From Paraspadella gotoi (taxonomy: Eukaryota > Animalia > Chaetognatha), in NCBI GenBank assembly GCA_051294375.1, contig CM119263.1, positions 2,070,113 to 2,134,112 on the forward strand: a stretch of DNA of 64,000 nucleotides, read 5' to 3'. The translations under genes were made by a program, and so were the position numbers. How positions within the stretch are numbered: the first letter of the stretch is position 1; the number at the start of each line of letters is the position of its first letter. The notes beneath the pieces are model-generated. The model was not told the DNA's origin. It saw nothing but the letters and a program-made list of their open reading frames with translations, and did not search any database. This document shows positions 1-21,354 of this stretch, one piece after another.

Positions 1-252
1 GTGAACTGACTAATAGTGGACTATAAGTGACCCAATGGCAAGTCAAATTGGCCGCAGATTTGTAGCGTCATCTCTATCTCTATCTTCCTCTCTCTCTTTT
101 TGAACATCTAATAAATACTTAAGGTCATAGTCATGTTTCCTTTGTAATAATATAAAAATTCAGAAAATGTATGAGTTTTTGTCTTTTACAAATGTTGTTT
201 TGCTTTCGTTGTATTCCTCAGATAAAAATATGCATAAGTCTCTTCAGGACTC

Positions 253-518
253 TATTTGCCGAGAGCACCCCATTTCTGTTCCTTAATCTCTGATCTTGAT
301 TTTTATATTTAATTTTAATCTTTTTACTAAATTTCAAGCACAAACCCTAAAGCTACGTAATTCATAACCCAAATCCTAAACTTTATCGACTACCCTAAAC
401 TCTAATCTCTAACCGAAATCCCAAAACAAATTTATAATCTTATATCTAACTTACTCAATAACCTTAAAAAAGAATTTAAATCATATCCTAGGCAGAAGTA
501 GGGAGCTTTTGGAATATA
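253..518. mobile_element. MITE-like element with imperfect TIRs and an internal degenerate telomere-like (CCCTAA/CTAACC) array
   Basis: The left end tatttgccgagagcaccc resembles the reverse complement of the right end (tatattccaaaagctccc). The interior has CCTAAA/CTAACC-like units. The sub-terminal motif recurs at ~9966-9997, ~11493-11525 and 58539-58571. Confidence 0.55.
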
Positions 519-791
519 TAGCCAAAGTAAGACTCCAGTGCCGAGAAGAATTTAAAAGTGATCCTCTATTTCTGATGAAACGAACTAAAAAATGTGGCTC
601 AATTTCTAATGAGGTGTTGATAGTGAGACCTTAATGATGTGAGACAGTGAATTCTCACAAATTCCCTCGACGCTAATTCCAACTTTCTTGAGGGAAGAAA
701 AAAGTGAGAAAGAAATAACCCGACATAAAAATAAAAAATAAAATTATTGTTTTAAAAAAACTGATTAGTCAAATATAAAAAGGCTCAATGC

Positions 792-1556
792 TTAAGGGGA
801 CCCAGGAATAAAAAGCTTAAAGGTCTATCATCAAAAGAATTTGAATGGTGATAGTTATTAATTTTTTTTACACGGGAAAGTAGTAAAAATTGTAATAATT
901 TAAAATTTAGCAAAAGTACAGAACCTTTCTTTTCTTTTCATATTTATATTACTTTAAAGGTATTTTATGGTGGACTAAAATCCACCAACCATTCATCAGC
1001 GGTCATTGGTGCCGGAGGCAAGTCATTCGCCTCCCAACCCAAAGGTCCGGGGTTCTAGCCTGGTGGCCGCCTAGCAGTTAAGAGGGACGGGGCGCTTAAC
1101 CCGCCTGTAACATGGTGTTACAGCCTGATCCGAAGCTCAGGGACTGCTTATATTGAACGGTTCTGTCATTAACACTTATCAATAATTACTGTCTCTTCAA
1201 TTTATTTTTATCTAATTAACAGAATTACTTGAAAAGAAAGTTAAATAAAATCAGTTGATACCTTTAATTTTTATTCATTCCTAATTATTTTTGTTATAAT
1301 TTTTTTATAATAAAATCTGTAAAGCTTTCTAAAATTAGATCTTACCCTTTTCAAACAAAAAAATTAAAACCTTGAAAAAGATTTTTTTCTTACTGATTTT
1401 AAAAAAAATTAGGTGAGCTGATCATCATCATATTTTTTACTATTTTCCCAAATGTTTATAGAAAAAAAAATCATATGGACAGATCTGGCTTAATTTAAAA
1501 AGGATCAAACAATATGCTTTCAGCTTTTTACCATCCTGGTCACAAGGTCCCCTTAA
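792..1556. mobile_element. Non-autonomous TTAA-flanked DNA transposon (Kolobok-like termini)
   Basis: Ends are TTAA-GGGGACC ... GGTCCCC-TTAA, with a further matching sub-terminal TIR (taaaaagcttaaag versus ctttcagcttttta). TTAA TSD at 792-795 and 1553-1556. No ORF. Confidence 0.65.
999..1190 (+). mobile_element. tRNA-derived SINE (tRNA-like head 999-1071) inserted in the TTAA element
   Basis: The acceptor-like stem GCGGTCA (999-1005) pairs with TGGCCGC (1064-1070). A-box-like TGGTGCCGGAGG and B-box GGTTCTAGCC (1051-1060) are present, but the anticodon stem does not pair. The GC-rich body has the hairpin ctgtaaca-tgg-tgttacag. The 3' end is approximate. Confidence 0.6.
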
Positions 1557-1757
1557 AAACTTTGGTCAGATAAAAAAATAATAATTCGATAAAAATAATT
1601 CAATGTGACAATTTTGTGACGTCTTTCACAAAATCGAATGAAAAATCCGCAAAAATTCTGAGCGAAAATTTAAAATCACGTTTTTTTTCTCCTGAGAAAA
1701 AGAGACGAAAATAGTTTCCGGTCAACATTTCTTCGTTTTATTCTCTATCTTATTCCC

Positions 1758-1817
<60 letters not shown>

Positions 1818-2342
1818 ATCAAAAATTCCTGAAATGAATCCGAAGCTTTTCTCTTTTCTTTTTTCTTTTTTTTTCCTTCTTTTCCTCCCCTCACCCCACC
1901 TGGGTTTTTTTCTTTCCTCCTTTTTTACGCTTCCTCCTTTTAAACTCACTTCTCTCTTCTCTCTTCTCTCTTCTCTCGCCATATTCTTTGCCAAAAATAT
2001 CCTTTCTTTCTTTTTTTGGACGAAAACTTTCACGAGTTTCTCCATAATCCTTTCCACTTCATTTTTTTCCTTATTCAACTTTTCTACTTCTTTATTTTCC
2101 ATTTCTTTTTGAAAAAAAAACATAAAAACCGATTTATTATTTTTTTCATACTAAGTTTATTTTCTGTTGGTTGAGTTCAATTTGTTTTGGTAGTGATAAA
2201 TAAACAACTTAAATGCAAATGGATTTAGGTAACAAAATGCCAAGAAAAGGGTTTTTCTTTTCTTATTTTCGAGTTACATCTTTTACTGCAAAATTTACAT
2301 GTTGAAAAAATACTTTTAACTTAAGTAATGATTTTATTTCAC

Positions 2343-2433
2343 TATGGAGAGGCAGTGCAAGTATAAAAAAAATTTTTGCCAAATATTTCGACTTATTTTT
2401 TAAGTCATCATTAGTGGTAAAAGCCTCTCCATA
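2343..2433. repeat. Short inverted-repeat element (possible mini-MITE)
   Basis: Perfect 11-bp inverted repeat TATGGAGAGGC ... GCCTCTCCATA with TA ends. Confidence 0.4.
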
Positions 2434-2547
2434 CAACCATTACTTAAACTACTCACAGTGAATGTAATGACTTTTAAAGATTTACTTTTAACTTAGTTTT
2501 GCAGACATCAAAAAAACATTTGCGTCCAGTAAGAAAAAATATGTCTT

Positions 2548-3037
2548 TGAATTGAAGAATTGAACAATTAATGAATTGAAAAATTGAAGAATTGGAGAAT
2601 TGAAGAATTGAAGAATTGAAGAATTAAAGAAGTGAAGAATTGAAAAATTGAAGAATTGAAGAATTGAATAATTGTATAATTGAAGAATTGAAGAATTAAA
2701 GATTGAAAAATTCAATANNNNNNNNNNNNNNNNNNNNNNNNNNNNNNNNNNNNNNNNNNNNNNNNNNNNNNNNNNNNNNNNNNNNNNNNNNNNNNNNNNN
2801 NNNNNNNNNNNNNNNNNNNNNNNNNNNNNNNNNNNNNNNNNNNNNNNNNNNNNNNNNNNNNNNNNNNNNNNNNNNNNNNNNNNNNNNNNNNNNNNNNNNN
2901 NNNNNNNNNNNNNNNNNNNNNNNNNNNNNNAGAATTGAAGAATTAAAGGTTGAAGAATTGAAGAATTGAATGATTGAAGAATTAAAGATTGAAGAATTGA
3001 AGAATTGAGAAATTGAAGAATTAAAGATTGAAGAATT
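2548..3037. repeat. (GAATTGAA)n 8-bp satellite spanning an N gap
   Basis: Visible tandem units on both sides of the gap at 2718-2930. Confidence 0.9.
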
Positions 3038-3651
3038 TAAAAATTTATTTCAGGCAGTTCTCAATAAAAAAAAACAAATTAAAAGTCGGCTCACACAGAC
3101 GTGACTAATCTCTGGATTCATCGCCAGATCGAGAAACACAAGAATGTAAATGCGGTCACANNNNNNNNNNNNNNNNNNNNNNNNNNNNNNNNNNNNNNNN
3201 NNNNNNNNNNNNNNNNNNNNNNNNNNNNNNNNNNNNNNNNNNNNNNNNNNNNNNNNNNNNNNNNNNNNNNNNNNNNNNNNNNNNNNNNNNNNNNNNNNNN
3301 NNNNNNNNNNNNNNNNNNNNNNNNNNNGGGGGGAAAGCAAAAGTAATTTCTTCACATTTCGCTGCGTTCGACTTTTAAACTAAAAAAAAAGAATTGCGAG
3401 GCTCAGCTGCGACTGTGAATTTTAACTTTTGAACGCAGTCTGAATCATTATTTTGAGTTTTAGGGGAAACGGATCATAACGAGGATCATTTTCCAGACTG
3501 TTCAATATTAAATCGCATTTAAGTGAACGAAGAAACGAAAGTAGATTCCAAAGATAAAACCACGAATCGATCGTTTCTCTCACTCGTCGATGAAAATGTC
3601 CTTTTGCTCTTTTGTCTTTTTATCTTTTCATTCTAACAGATTTTCTTTAGA

Positions 3652-4770
3652 GCTGACTGCATTTCCCTCTATCCTATTCCTTTTCCCTTGAGAATAGATT
3701 GCCATGTCAATTCACCCTTCCCTCTATCCTATTCCTTTTCCCATGAGCATAGACTGCCATGTCAATTCACTCTTCCCTTTATCCTATTCTTTTTCATTTG
3801 AGATGTCTGCCTCGTAATGTCTCACCCTTTCATCTATCCTATCTCTATGTATCATTAATTCTTCCTTTTTTTATTCTATTCTATATCTCTCTCTCACTTT
3901 TCCCTCTCACTTTTCCCTCTCGCAAATCTCCCGTTCTGATCCCCCGCCCTATTCCTTTTCCCTTGAAAATTAGACTGTTCATGTCAATTCACCCTTCCTC
4001 TATTCTATTCTTTTCCATTGAGAATAGCTGCCATGTCAATTCACCTTCCCTCTATCCTATTCCTTTTCCCTTGAGATTTAGACTGCCATGTCAATCACCC
4101 TGTGTCCCTCTATCCATTCCTTTTCCCTTGAGCATAGACTGGCCATGTCATTCACTTCTTCCCTCTATCCTTTTCCTTTTCCCTTGAGAATAAACTGTCA
4201 TGTCAATTCACCTTCCCTCTATTCTATTCCTTTTCCCTTGAGAATAGATTGCCGATGTCAATTCACCCTTTCCCTCTATCCTTATTCTTCCCTTGAGGAT
4301 TAGACCCATGTCAATTCACCCTTCCCTCTATTCCTATTCCTTTTCCCATGAGCTTAGGACTGCCATGTCATCACCTTCCCTCTATCCTATTTCCTTTTCC
4401 CATGAGCATAGACTGCCATGTCAATTCACTCTTCCCTCTATCCTATTCCTTTTCCCTTGAGAAAAAACTGTCATGTTCAATTCACCCTTCCCTCGTATCC
4501 TATTCCTTTTCCCATGAGCATAGACTGCCATGTCAATTCACTCTTCCCTCTATCCTATTCTTTTCCTGAGAATAAACTGTTCATGTCTATTCACCCTCCC
4601 TCTATCTATTCCTTTTCCTTGAGAATAGACTGCCATGTCAATTCACCCTTCCCTCTATCCTATTCCTTTCCCTTGAGATTAGATGCCATGTCAATTCACC
4701 CTTCCTCATCCTATTCCTTTCCCATGAGCATAGACATGCCATTGTCAATTCATCTTCCCTTTATCCTATT
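3652..4770. repeat. ~55-bp minisatellite
   Basis: Tandem copies of gactgccatgtcaattcacccttccctctatcctattccttttcccttgagaata with many small indels. It is interrupted by a block at ~3790-3950 that recurs at ~4770-4970. Confidence 0.9.
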
Positions 4771-5039
4771 CTTTATTCATTTGAGATGTCTGCCTCGTAA
4801 TGTCTCACTCCTTATCAATGCTAATCACTTATCTCTATAGGTGTCATTAATTCTTCCTTTTTTAATTCTATTCTATAATTCTCTCTCCGCTACTCACTTT
4901 TCCCTCCACTTTTCCTTTCTTCGGGGGGCCCAAAAAAATTCTTTTTTTTCCCCCCCCGTTCTGATTCCCCGCCCATCTTTCCCCCTTTCCTCGCCACCAT
5001 TTCCCCCACTTTCCCCCGCCCACCCTTTCCCCCTTTCCC

Positions 5040-11123
<6,084 letters not shown>

Positions 11124-11267
11124 CTGAAGATAATACGATGCAATTTTTTTCATTTGAAATTTAAACATTAACAACATTAAAATAAAAGGATTTTCTTGAA
11201 CAAAAATAAAAAAGAAAACGCTACATAATTTGGTCATATGACAAATTTTTAGTATTGCACATGCGCA

Positions 11268-11525
11268 ATATTTGAAAGACTCAAAGACTCAGAATTACTT
11301 TAATTTTTAGGTTCAAAAATTATTTTAAAAGTTAAGAATTAAGGTTAGGGATTAGTGTAAGTCATTAGGGTTAGGAACTAAGGTTAATGGTTAAAGGTTA
11401 AAGTTAAAGATTAAGAATTAGTTTAAAGATCTGGTTATGATTTTATTAACAGATGAGGTTCAAATATTAGGGTTAAAATTAAGCAAATGGTTTAAGGAAC
11501 ATAAATGGAGCATTTTTGAAAAATA
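11268..11525. mobile_element. Telomere-like-array MITE copy
   Basis: A degenerate TTAGGG/GGTTAA array ends in taaggaacataaatggagcatttttgaaaaata, matching the terminus of the 253-518 element in reverse orientation. Confidence 0.5.
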
Positions 11526-12004
11526 GAATTCAATTTTTCATTAAAAAAAATATGAAAATTGAAAAAAAAAGAAAACAGAAACTTTAAACGGACCAAACGA
11601 CCGACCGACCATGTCGCATTGTCGCCCCGTTTGGCGTCTCTAACTTACCCTCTAACTTACTCTCTATCTCTAACTTACCCGTTTCGCCGCTACGAGCGCC
11701 CATGTCGCTGGTTCGCGATTCAGAAATTTCTGAGAAAAAAAAAATATCCGTAGTGAAGGAGATAAAAAGGTTCGACGGAAGAAGGAGTTATATCGAAACG
11801 AAAAAAAATAAAGAAGGAATCATTTTTTAAATGCGAATTGAAAAAAAGAAAAGCGAAAGAGCGAGAGGGAGAGAGCGCGCGAACGATAAAGAGAGAGAGA
11901 GCGATAGAGAGCGAGAGGTGAAGATGGAATCCTTGGCTGAGATCGAGTGACGCGTGAACATTTGAGATGTTCATCCGATCTTCGTTGAAAGAATTTGAAT
12001 CGAG

Positions 12005-12051
<47 letters not shown>

Positions 12052-12944
12052 TCTCAAATGAAAAACTCACGGAAAAAATGGGGGAGAGAAAAGGAAAGAA
12101 AAAAGCTTTTAGTTGAGGATTAGAGTTTAAATCGGAGTGAGTGGATGAAAGGAAAAAGTTTAGAGTAAAGGTAGTCTCTCTCTCTCTCTCTCTTTTTCTC
12201 TCTCTCTCTCTCTTCCTTTTTCATTTTCACATTAGATCTAATGATGACGGCCTGCTTTGTGACATGGATCACTGGAGCTTAGGGGCATTGTTCGTGACAT
12301 TTGAACTTTGTCCGTGGCGCGAGTCTTAGTCTTCGCATGGCGATTGGCGTTCTTTCCATGGAAAGTAGGGTGTTACGTAAAACAAAAAAGATTTCTTTTT
12401 TTTTTTATTTATTTATTTATTTTTTTTTTTTTGTGACAAGGACTGTGCTAAATTCATAGGGACACGAAGACAGGCAAATTCATCATGGCATGGAGAGTGC
12501 CCAATTTATCTTGGCATGAAGAGTGCCAAATTTATCTTGGCATGGAGAGTGGTTTTTAATCCTTGACATGATCCATGATCCACTATTCATGCTTCTTACG
12601 TGAACTGAGACTCGATTTCTTCGTCGTCGTCACGAATCGATTTTTCTTTTTCCTCTTTTTTTGTTGTTGTTGTTATCCTGTTTTTCTTAACTCTTTCATT
12701 TTCCCCGTTTTTCTCTCCTTTTCTTTTTTCTTCTTTTTTCTTCTTTTGTTTCCCAATTTTCCTCTAATTATCATAAAAGAAAAGTGAGTAAAAAATGATT
12801 TTTATGCCAGAGAAAAATAAAGAGACAGACAGAAAAATATTATCGAATAACGTTTAAAGATCGTTATATCTTTACATGTTTTATGTTTTACATGTTTTAT
12901 AATCAGTTTTTTATTCTTTTTTTTCTTTTTTTCTTAAATTCGGA

Positions 12945-13205
12945 ATTAGGTTAATATTTTTAGTTAAAGATTAATTTGGAGATTAAGATTAGGGATTAGG
13001 TTCGTGATTAAGGTTAAAGATAAGATAAGTGATTAGGTTTAGGGATTAGGGTTAGAGACTGAGGTTTAAGGTGAGGGGGTCAGAATTAAAAATTAGGAAT
13101 AATAGTTTAAGGTTGAGATTCAGCATTTGCTACAGTTAAGAATTAGGGTTAATAATAAGGTTATTAATTTAAAAATATATTTTAGTTAAATATTAAGGTT
13201 AAAAT
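12945..13205. repeat. Degenerate TTAGGG-like array
   Basis: ttaggg/ggttaa/gattag hexamer-period sequence; element termini are not clear. Confidence 0.55.
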
Positions 13206-13365
13206 TAAATTCCGGAAAAAAAGGAAAATAAATGGGGCGCGACGGGAAAAGAGAGCCAATTTTCCTTTTGTTTGGTTATCATGAGAAACATGTAAGATTA
13301 TTTTGTTTTTTTGTTTTTTTTTCGTCGAGAGCTTGCTTGGCAGGTGAATTTGTTTATTGTTTCTT

Positions 13366-13399
<34 letters not shown>

Positions 13400-13409
13400 C
13401 GCGTGACCA

Positions 13410-13612
13410 TTCAAAAAATTTCTTCGCCTCCATCTAAGAATTTCCGAGAAAAGAGGAAAAGAGAGGAATGAAAATTCTCTGCGGCTTCGCTGATTGGCTG
13501 AAACATTGTTCGGGACCCGACCGCTGATTGGCAGCTGCGTCGAGGGTCCTGAGGAGACGATTGGTTCGAATCGTGAAAAATGGGGCCGTCTTAAATGACG
13601 CGCGCGAGAAAC
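13410..13612 (-). promoter_or_regulatory. Triple CCAAT (NF-Y) promoter with CHR-like and E2F-like motifs
   Basis: ATTGG at 13493, 13527 and 13560 (spacing 34 and 33 bp) in a CpG-rich island. TTCAAA (TTTGAA on -) at 13410-13415; GCGCGAGAAA near 13602. Confidence 0.5.
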
Positions 13613-14314
13613 CCTCCCCCAGTCCAACCCCAATAGCACTAGACTTAAGACTTGAGACTTGAGACCTGAGACCTGAGACGTAAGACCTGAGACCCTTGAC
13701 TCTTCAGGGCGTCAATTTCAAAAAGATGAGACTTTCTTGTGTAATAATTATTACAAACCATGACTTCCGAGGAGATTAAAATAGACCCACGACCCATCTA
13801 TACCCCACAGCGACTCTTCCATATTCCTGAGTCCTTACCCACGACCCTGCCTCACCCCTCAACCACGACCTTCCGCCTTCGCTTCGAGAACCTCGCCCCG
13901 AACGATACTCTGACGAAGCCACGCCCACTCGCTGGAGGAAGAGAATATTTTTAAAAACGGGGAGGAGAGGGGAGGAGAGGGGGGAGAGGGGAGAGGGGGA
14001 GAGGGGAGGAGGGAAGAGGAGGAGATGATGTGTGTCGACGATGCGTGTTTTTATTTGAAACAAAACATTGGGATGATTTTATTATAGTGACATGTGAAGA
14101 CTGAAGAAGTGAGAGCGTTTTAAGATTAGTGAGCGTGAAGGTAAGAGTGAGACGAAGAGTGAGAAAATTGAGTTCTGAGTGAGATTGATAGTGAGAGTGA
14201 GAAAAAGGAGTGAAAAAGATGAAAGAAAAGAAAAGGAAAGAAAAGTAGAATGGAATCGTGAAAGAGAGAAAAAGGAAGGGAGGATTAAGACGGATTAAAA
14301 GGTTGGCGAAAGAA

Positions 14315-14412
<98 letters not shown>

Positions 14413-14712
14413 TGTATCTAACCCGCTGTGACGGATGATTAGTATGAGGAGATTAACTCGCGAAACCGAAAACTAATCAAATTCGTTTCGGAAATTTCAC
14501 CAACGGCCAAGAATCCATTGTGGTGAGATGTTCCAACGCGGATCCGAAAAGGAAACTCCGATGTTGTGATCGTCATTATCACAGTCAGTTGTATTCTCTT
14601 CCGGTTAATTCTGCTCACAATGAAAAGGACTTTTCATTTTGAAAGGAAGAGGAGCCACATTTGATTTAATCAAAATAGCATTAAGGGAAGGCGGTCCTGC
14701 CGAGATCGTTCG

Positions 14713-14798
14713 ATAAATAATAAATAAAAAAATAAATGAATAAATAGATAAATAAATAAATAGATGAATAAAAAATAAATAAATGAAAAATTAATAGG

Positions 14799-14849
<51 letters not shown>

Positions 14850-14956
14850 ATAGATGAATAAAAAATAAATAAATGAAAAATTAATAAGTAAATAAATAAA
14901 TAAATAAATAAATAGATTAATTAAAGAAATAAATAAAAAAATTAAATAAAAAATAA

Positions 14957-15043
<87 letters not shown>
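14713..15043. repeat. (AAAT)n microsatellite
   Basis: Directly visible. Confidence 0.95.
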
Positions 15044-17761
15044 AAGATGAAGCAAATTAAGAAATAAAAAGAGGTCACAAACGTAAATCATTGACTTAAT
15101 TGAATTTAGTTATTTAATAACGAATATTTTCCAGGAACTTTACGACATTTGCTATATTACATGTTAAACTAAGAAGTTGCTGTTTTTGAAAGTTTTTTTT
15201 TCCTAATTTTGTTCAAGTTTTTTTCCTTTAAAAACAACAGTTAAACCTCGACACCGAAAGAGGACGCACGCGACAAAGCTGAGAATCAAAAGAGCAATTT
15301 GTCGTTATATTTCAAATTAACGAATTCAACGGATTTATAGGAAACGTCAGTTTTAATTGAATAACGTAAGTCACTGTGACGTAGGTTTTTTGAGTCCTAG
15401 GTATTCAAAGAAAATAATTTCTAAAAGAGCTTACGCCCAGTTTTAATATTATTAGTAAACTTTAAAAAAACTTCCTCAGCTACACGTTGTTAAGGGAATT
15501 CTTCTCCTAACTTAATTAAGATAATCAATGTTCATTTGTTAGCCAAACAACAATCTATTCGATAATTTTCATGTTCATCTTTTCTTTTGTTTGTTTATGT
15601 CTCTCTAGTAACATTTGAACATTTGAAGTGAATAATCTAATTCGAATCGATCGCTTCTAATGGAATAACAATTTTGAAACGAAAATTCTCCGTCATTAGC
15701 TGTCTGAACAGAAGATGAGTATAAAAGCCAAAGTTTTAACATCATATCGCATCTATTCTTTGAAAGAGATATGATAACTTATTTATTAAAAATAATTAAA
15801 ACATTAAACCAAAAGTTAAGAAATAAACTAAAATCTTTGCATCACATAATTGTTTTCAAAATCTCAAAGAAAACAGTTTTTAAGTACAACAAAAACGACT
15901 GAAAATTGTCCAATTTTAAATTATTTTAGTTTTCGGTTGGAAATCATTGCAATTTCTTCATACTGTTCGTTTCCTAGCATTATGCGTGAGAAGATCTCCA
16001 GGGTATTAATGTTAATTTTTATCAAAAACATCAATTAAACCCGAAAGTCTTCAAATTCCGTCAAGCCAATGCATATAATGGGACGTCCCTGAGTTTATAA
16101 ACGTTCTGGCCGAGAAACGTTTCTATTGTTTTTATTTTCTTAATAAAACTAAATTCGAAATAATCAGTTATTTGCAAAGGCGGTAAAAAGTGGGTTAGAA
16201 ATTTTTTTTTCCTAGACCAGAACTAATCCAAAACATGAATAATGGCTCGATCAAAATATATCTACTTTATTGGCATTGTTAGGAAATTCTGTCGATGGAG
16301 GTTAGAACAAGTTTTCTATATAAAGTTAGCAGAGATAGTCTGTGTTGATTTCGTAACAAGCTAAAAAAAAAAAACTACTGCAAAACGAAGTAGGACTCCG
16401 TTTATCTTCGCGCCGTTACAAGCTTGATGAGATTTTTTTTTCAAGTTTTTGGAGGATTTCATCGGCCAAGGGAACCAGAGCGAATTCAACCCGTTGCAAC
16501 GTTGCAACGTTGCAACGTGCTGAAGTCATCGAGTTCTCTTGGTTGTTGCAATCAAAAATGGTCCGCTCTACAATAATGTATCGAATTATTAACCATTTCT
16601 GATTTTTTTTTTGTTTCTATTCTACCAGCGATTTCCAAACGAAATTTAAAAAAAATATTAATATCAATAAGCAAAAATAATTCCAGTCATTTTTGTATGT
16701 TCGTAAAGAAAAAATGTTAAATTTAACTTTGAAAATAAAATAGCAGTGATGCAAATAAAAACAAACTTAAAAAGTGGATTTCACGATTTAGTATTTTAAA
16801 CTGTCAGGGAATTGTGTGTTTCAATTCAAAAGCAACTGTTTTTTTGAGGTATTATAATCCAAAACGAATATTTTATCGAAGTAAAACTTAAGAAAAAAGG
16901 ATGTCATGAATATTTTAATATAATTTTATTCATATTCTAGTTTTCCATACATATATATTTTAAAAATATTGCGATGGAAATGACGATTTATTGGATGAGG
17001 AGCTGATTTATAGCTAAGAAAGAAGCACCAGCGCAAAGTTATTTACATTATGAAATGATTTACTTGTGCCAAAAGAACGATAACTCAATAAAAATTATTT
17101 TATTAACTTTCACTTTAGGAGAGAACCTCATGACACGATAACCTCTTTATTAAAAAATTGATTGTTAAGAGTGGACAGGATCTGATTTGACTGTACAAAC
17201 ATGAATATTATTATAACAAATACATCAGACGGCAACATACTTTTTTTCTCGCTTTCATAAAGGGAATACAAAAATCACAAAATAATATATTCTTTCAGAG
17301 TCGAAAGCCCGGAATTCATTTCGTTTTTTGTTTTCAATGGGATAACTAATAATTCTAAACAAACGGAGAAAATATTTCGGACATGATGATGATAAATAGA
17401 GTCGCTTCTGATTTTTTAACTCCTCGCAATATATTTACTTTCTCTTTTTCAAATATTATTCTTTTTAAAAAAAACGGGAAAATCGAAGGATGGCCCAGAT
17501 TGGGTTCGCCCGATGATCCAGTTTTGGGTCAGCCGACGGGCCCAACTTGGGTCAGCCGGTGAGTTCGATTCAGCCTTCCACCTGGGAAGGATGAATCGAC
17601 CCCTGTCCACTTAACCCTTCTTTCTTCTTCTTCCCTTGCCGTCAGAGGGAATGGAGGGAGGAAGATAATTTTTTTGTTTTGTTTTTTTGTTTGTTTTTTT
17701 TTTTTCCGCATCACGAAATTTAAGAATAATGGACACTAGATAAAATTGTCAATGTGGAGAG

Positions 17762-17792
<31 letters not shown>

Positions 17793-17831
17793 TCGATAGA
17801 GAGAGCGAGACGGGGTGGTTAGGAAAGCGTT

Positions 17832-20293
<2,462 letters not shown>

Positions 20294-20496
20294 TTTAGAA
20301 ATTTGTTGGTTTTTTTTGTTTTAAGTTTTAAATAAAATTAAAGTTTAGTACTGGCGTTTTGAGTACCGAGCGTTTTTTTTTTTAGTTATCGAATATTAAT
20401 TTGCGTGATTCGATTTGCGCGCGTGAAAAATAATAAAGATATGATTTACTAGCGAAGAGAGAAAAGAAGCGCGAATTCAGTTGAGTTCTTTCTTAT

Positions 20497-20570
20497 TTTT
20501 GCGCGAAGCTGGCAAAGCTGCGAAATGCGAAATGACTCGAAATGGCGGGAGGAGAAAGTCTTGGAGAGAG

Positions 20571-20646
<76 letters not shown>

Positions 20647-20826
20647 AGAGACGCGAAAAAGAGAGCTTGAGAATCGACGCGGACGTCGCACCGTCGACTC
20701 GGTTTCCCCGTCCGAAGCGGACCAATGAGAGTTGAGGACGAAGGCCGCACGAACCAATCGGATGTCGAGCTCGACCACCGCGACGCTCAAGGCTAAACCC
20801 CTATGAATGAAATCATTCCGCATTGG
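20497..20826 (-). promoter_or_regulatory. Promoter of the prothymosin-like gene: CCAAT boxes plus E2F/YY1-like sites
   Basis: CCAAT at 20722 and 20754 (32 bp apart) and ATTGG at 20822. AAATGGCGGGA at 20540-20550 and TTTTGCGCGAA at ~20497. CpG-rich, 200-500 bp upstream of the ATG. Confidence 0.5.
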
Positions 20827-21308
20827 TTGCCTTGAGTATCGAGCCTGATGACCTGAACACCTCAAGAGAAGATACAGAGAAAAGAGAGGGAGAGAGAGAA
20901 AGAAGGAAAAAGAATTGAACAAGAAGGGATAAAGAATTGAAGACAGAATAACGTTATATAGATAGACAGATAGAAATAGAGCAAAAAGGAAGGAAAGAAA
21001 GAAAGAAAGAAAGAAAGAAAAAAAGAAAGAAAGAAAGAAAGAAAGAAAAAAAGAAAGAAAGAAAGAAAGAAAGACATAAAAATAGACAGACAGACTGACA
21101 GAATCTTGTTTCGTATGTGTCACTGTTCATAAAGTAAGCGAATCAAATTTTAGATAACCTCAAACTTCGTCTTTGGGTTCACTAACCAGAAAATATATGG
21201 AAAAAGAGGAAGAGAGAGAGAAGGAGAGAAAATTGAGAGAGATCGAGAGAGAGAGGAGAAAGAGAGAGAAGGAGAGAGAGAGAGACGAGAGAGAGAGAGA
21301 GAGTAGAG

Positions 21309-21354
<46 letters not shown>

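Noticed and set aside
999-1071. Functional tRNA gene
   Set aside because: The anticodon stem does not pair, the T loop deviates (GTTCTAG) and no poly-T terminator follows directly. It fits a SINE head.
3652-4770. Regularly spaced repeats resembling a CRISPR array, with overlapping ORFs
   Set aside because: The units are contiguous with no unique spacers, there are no cas genes and the context is eukaryotic. It is a minisatellite.
11340-13205. True telomere or chromosome-fusion site
   Set aside because: The arrays are short, highly degenerate and associated with TIR-like termini.
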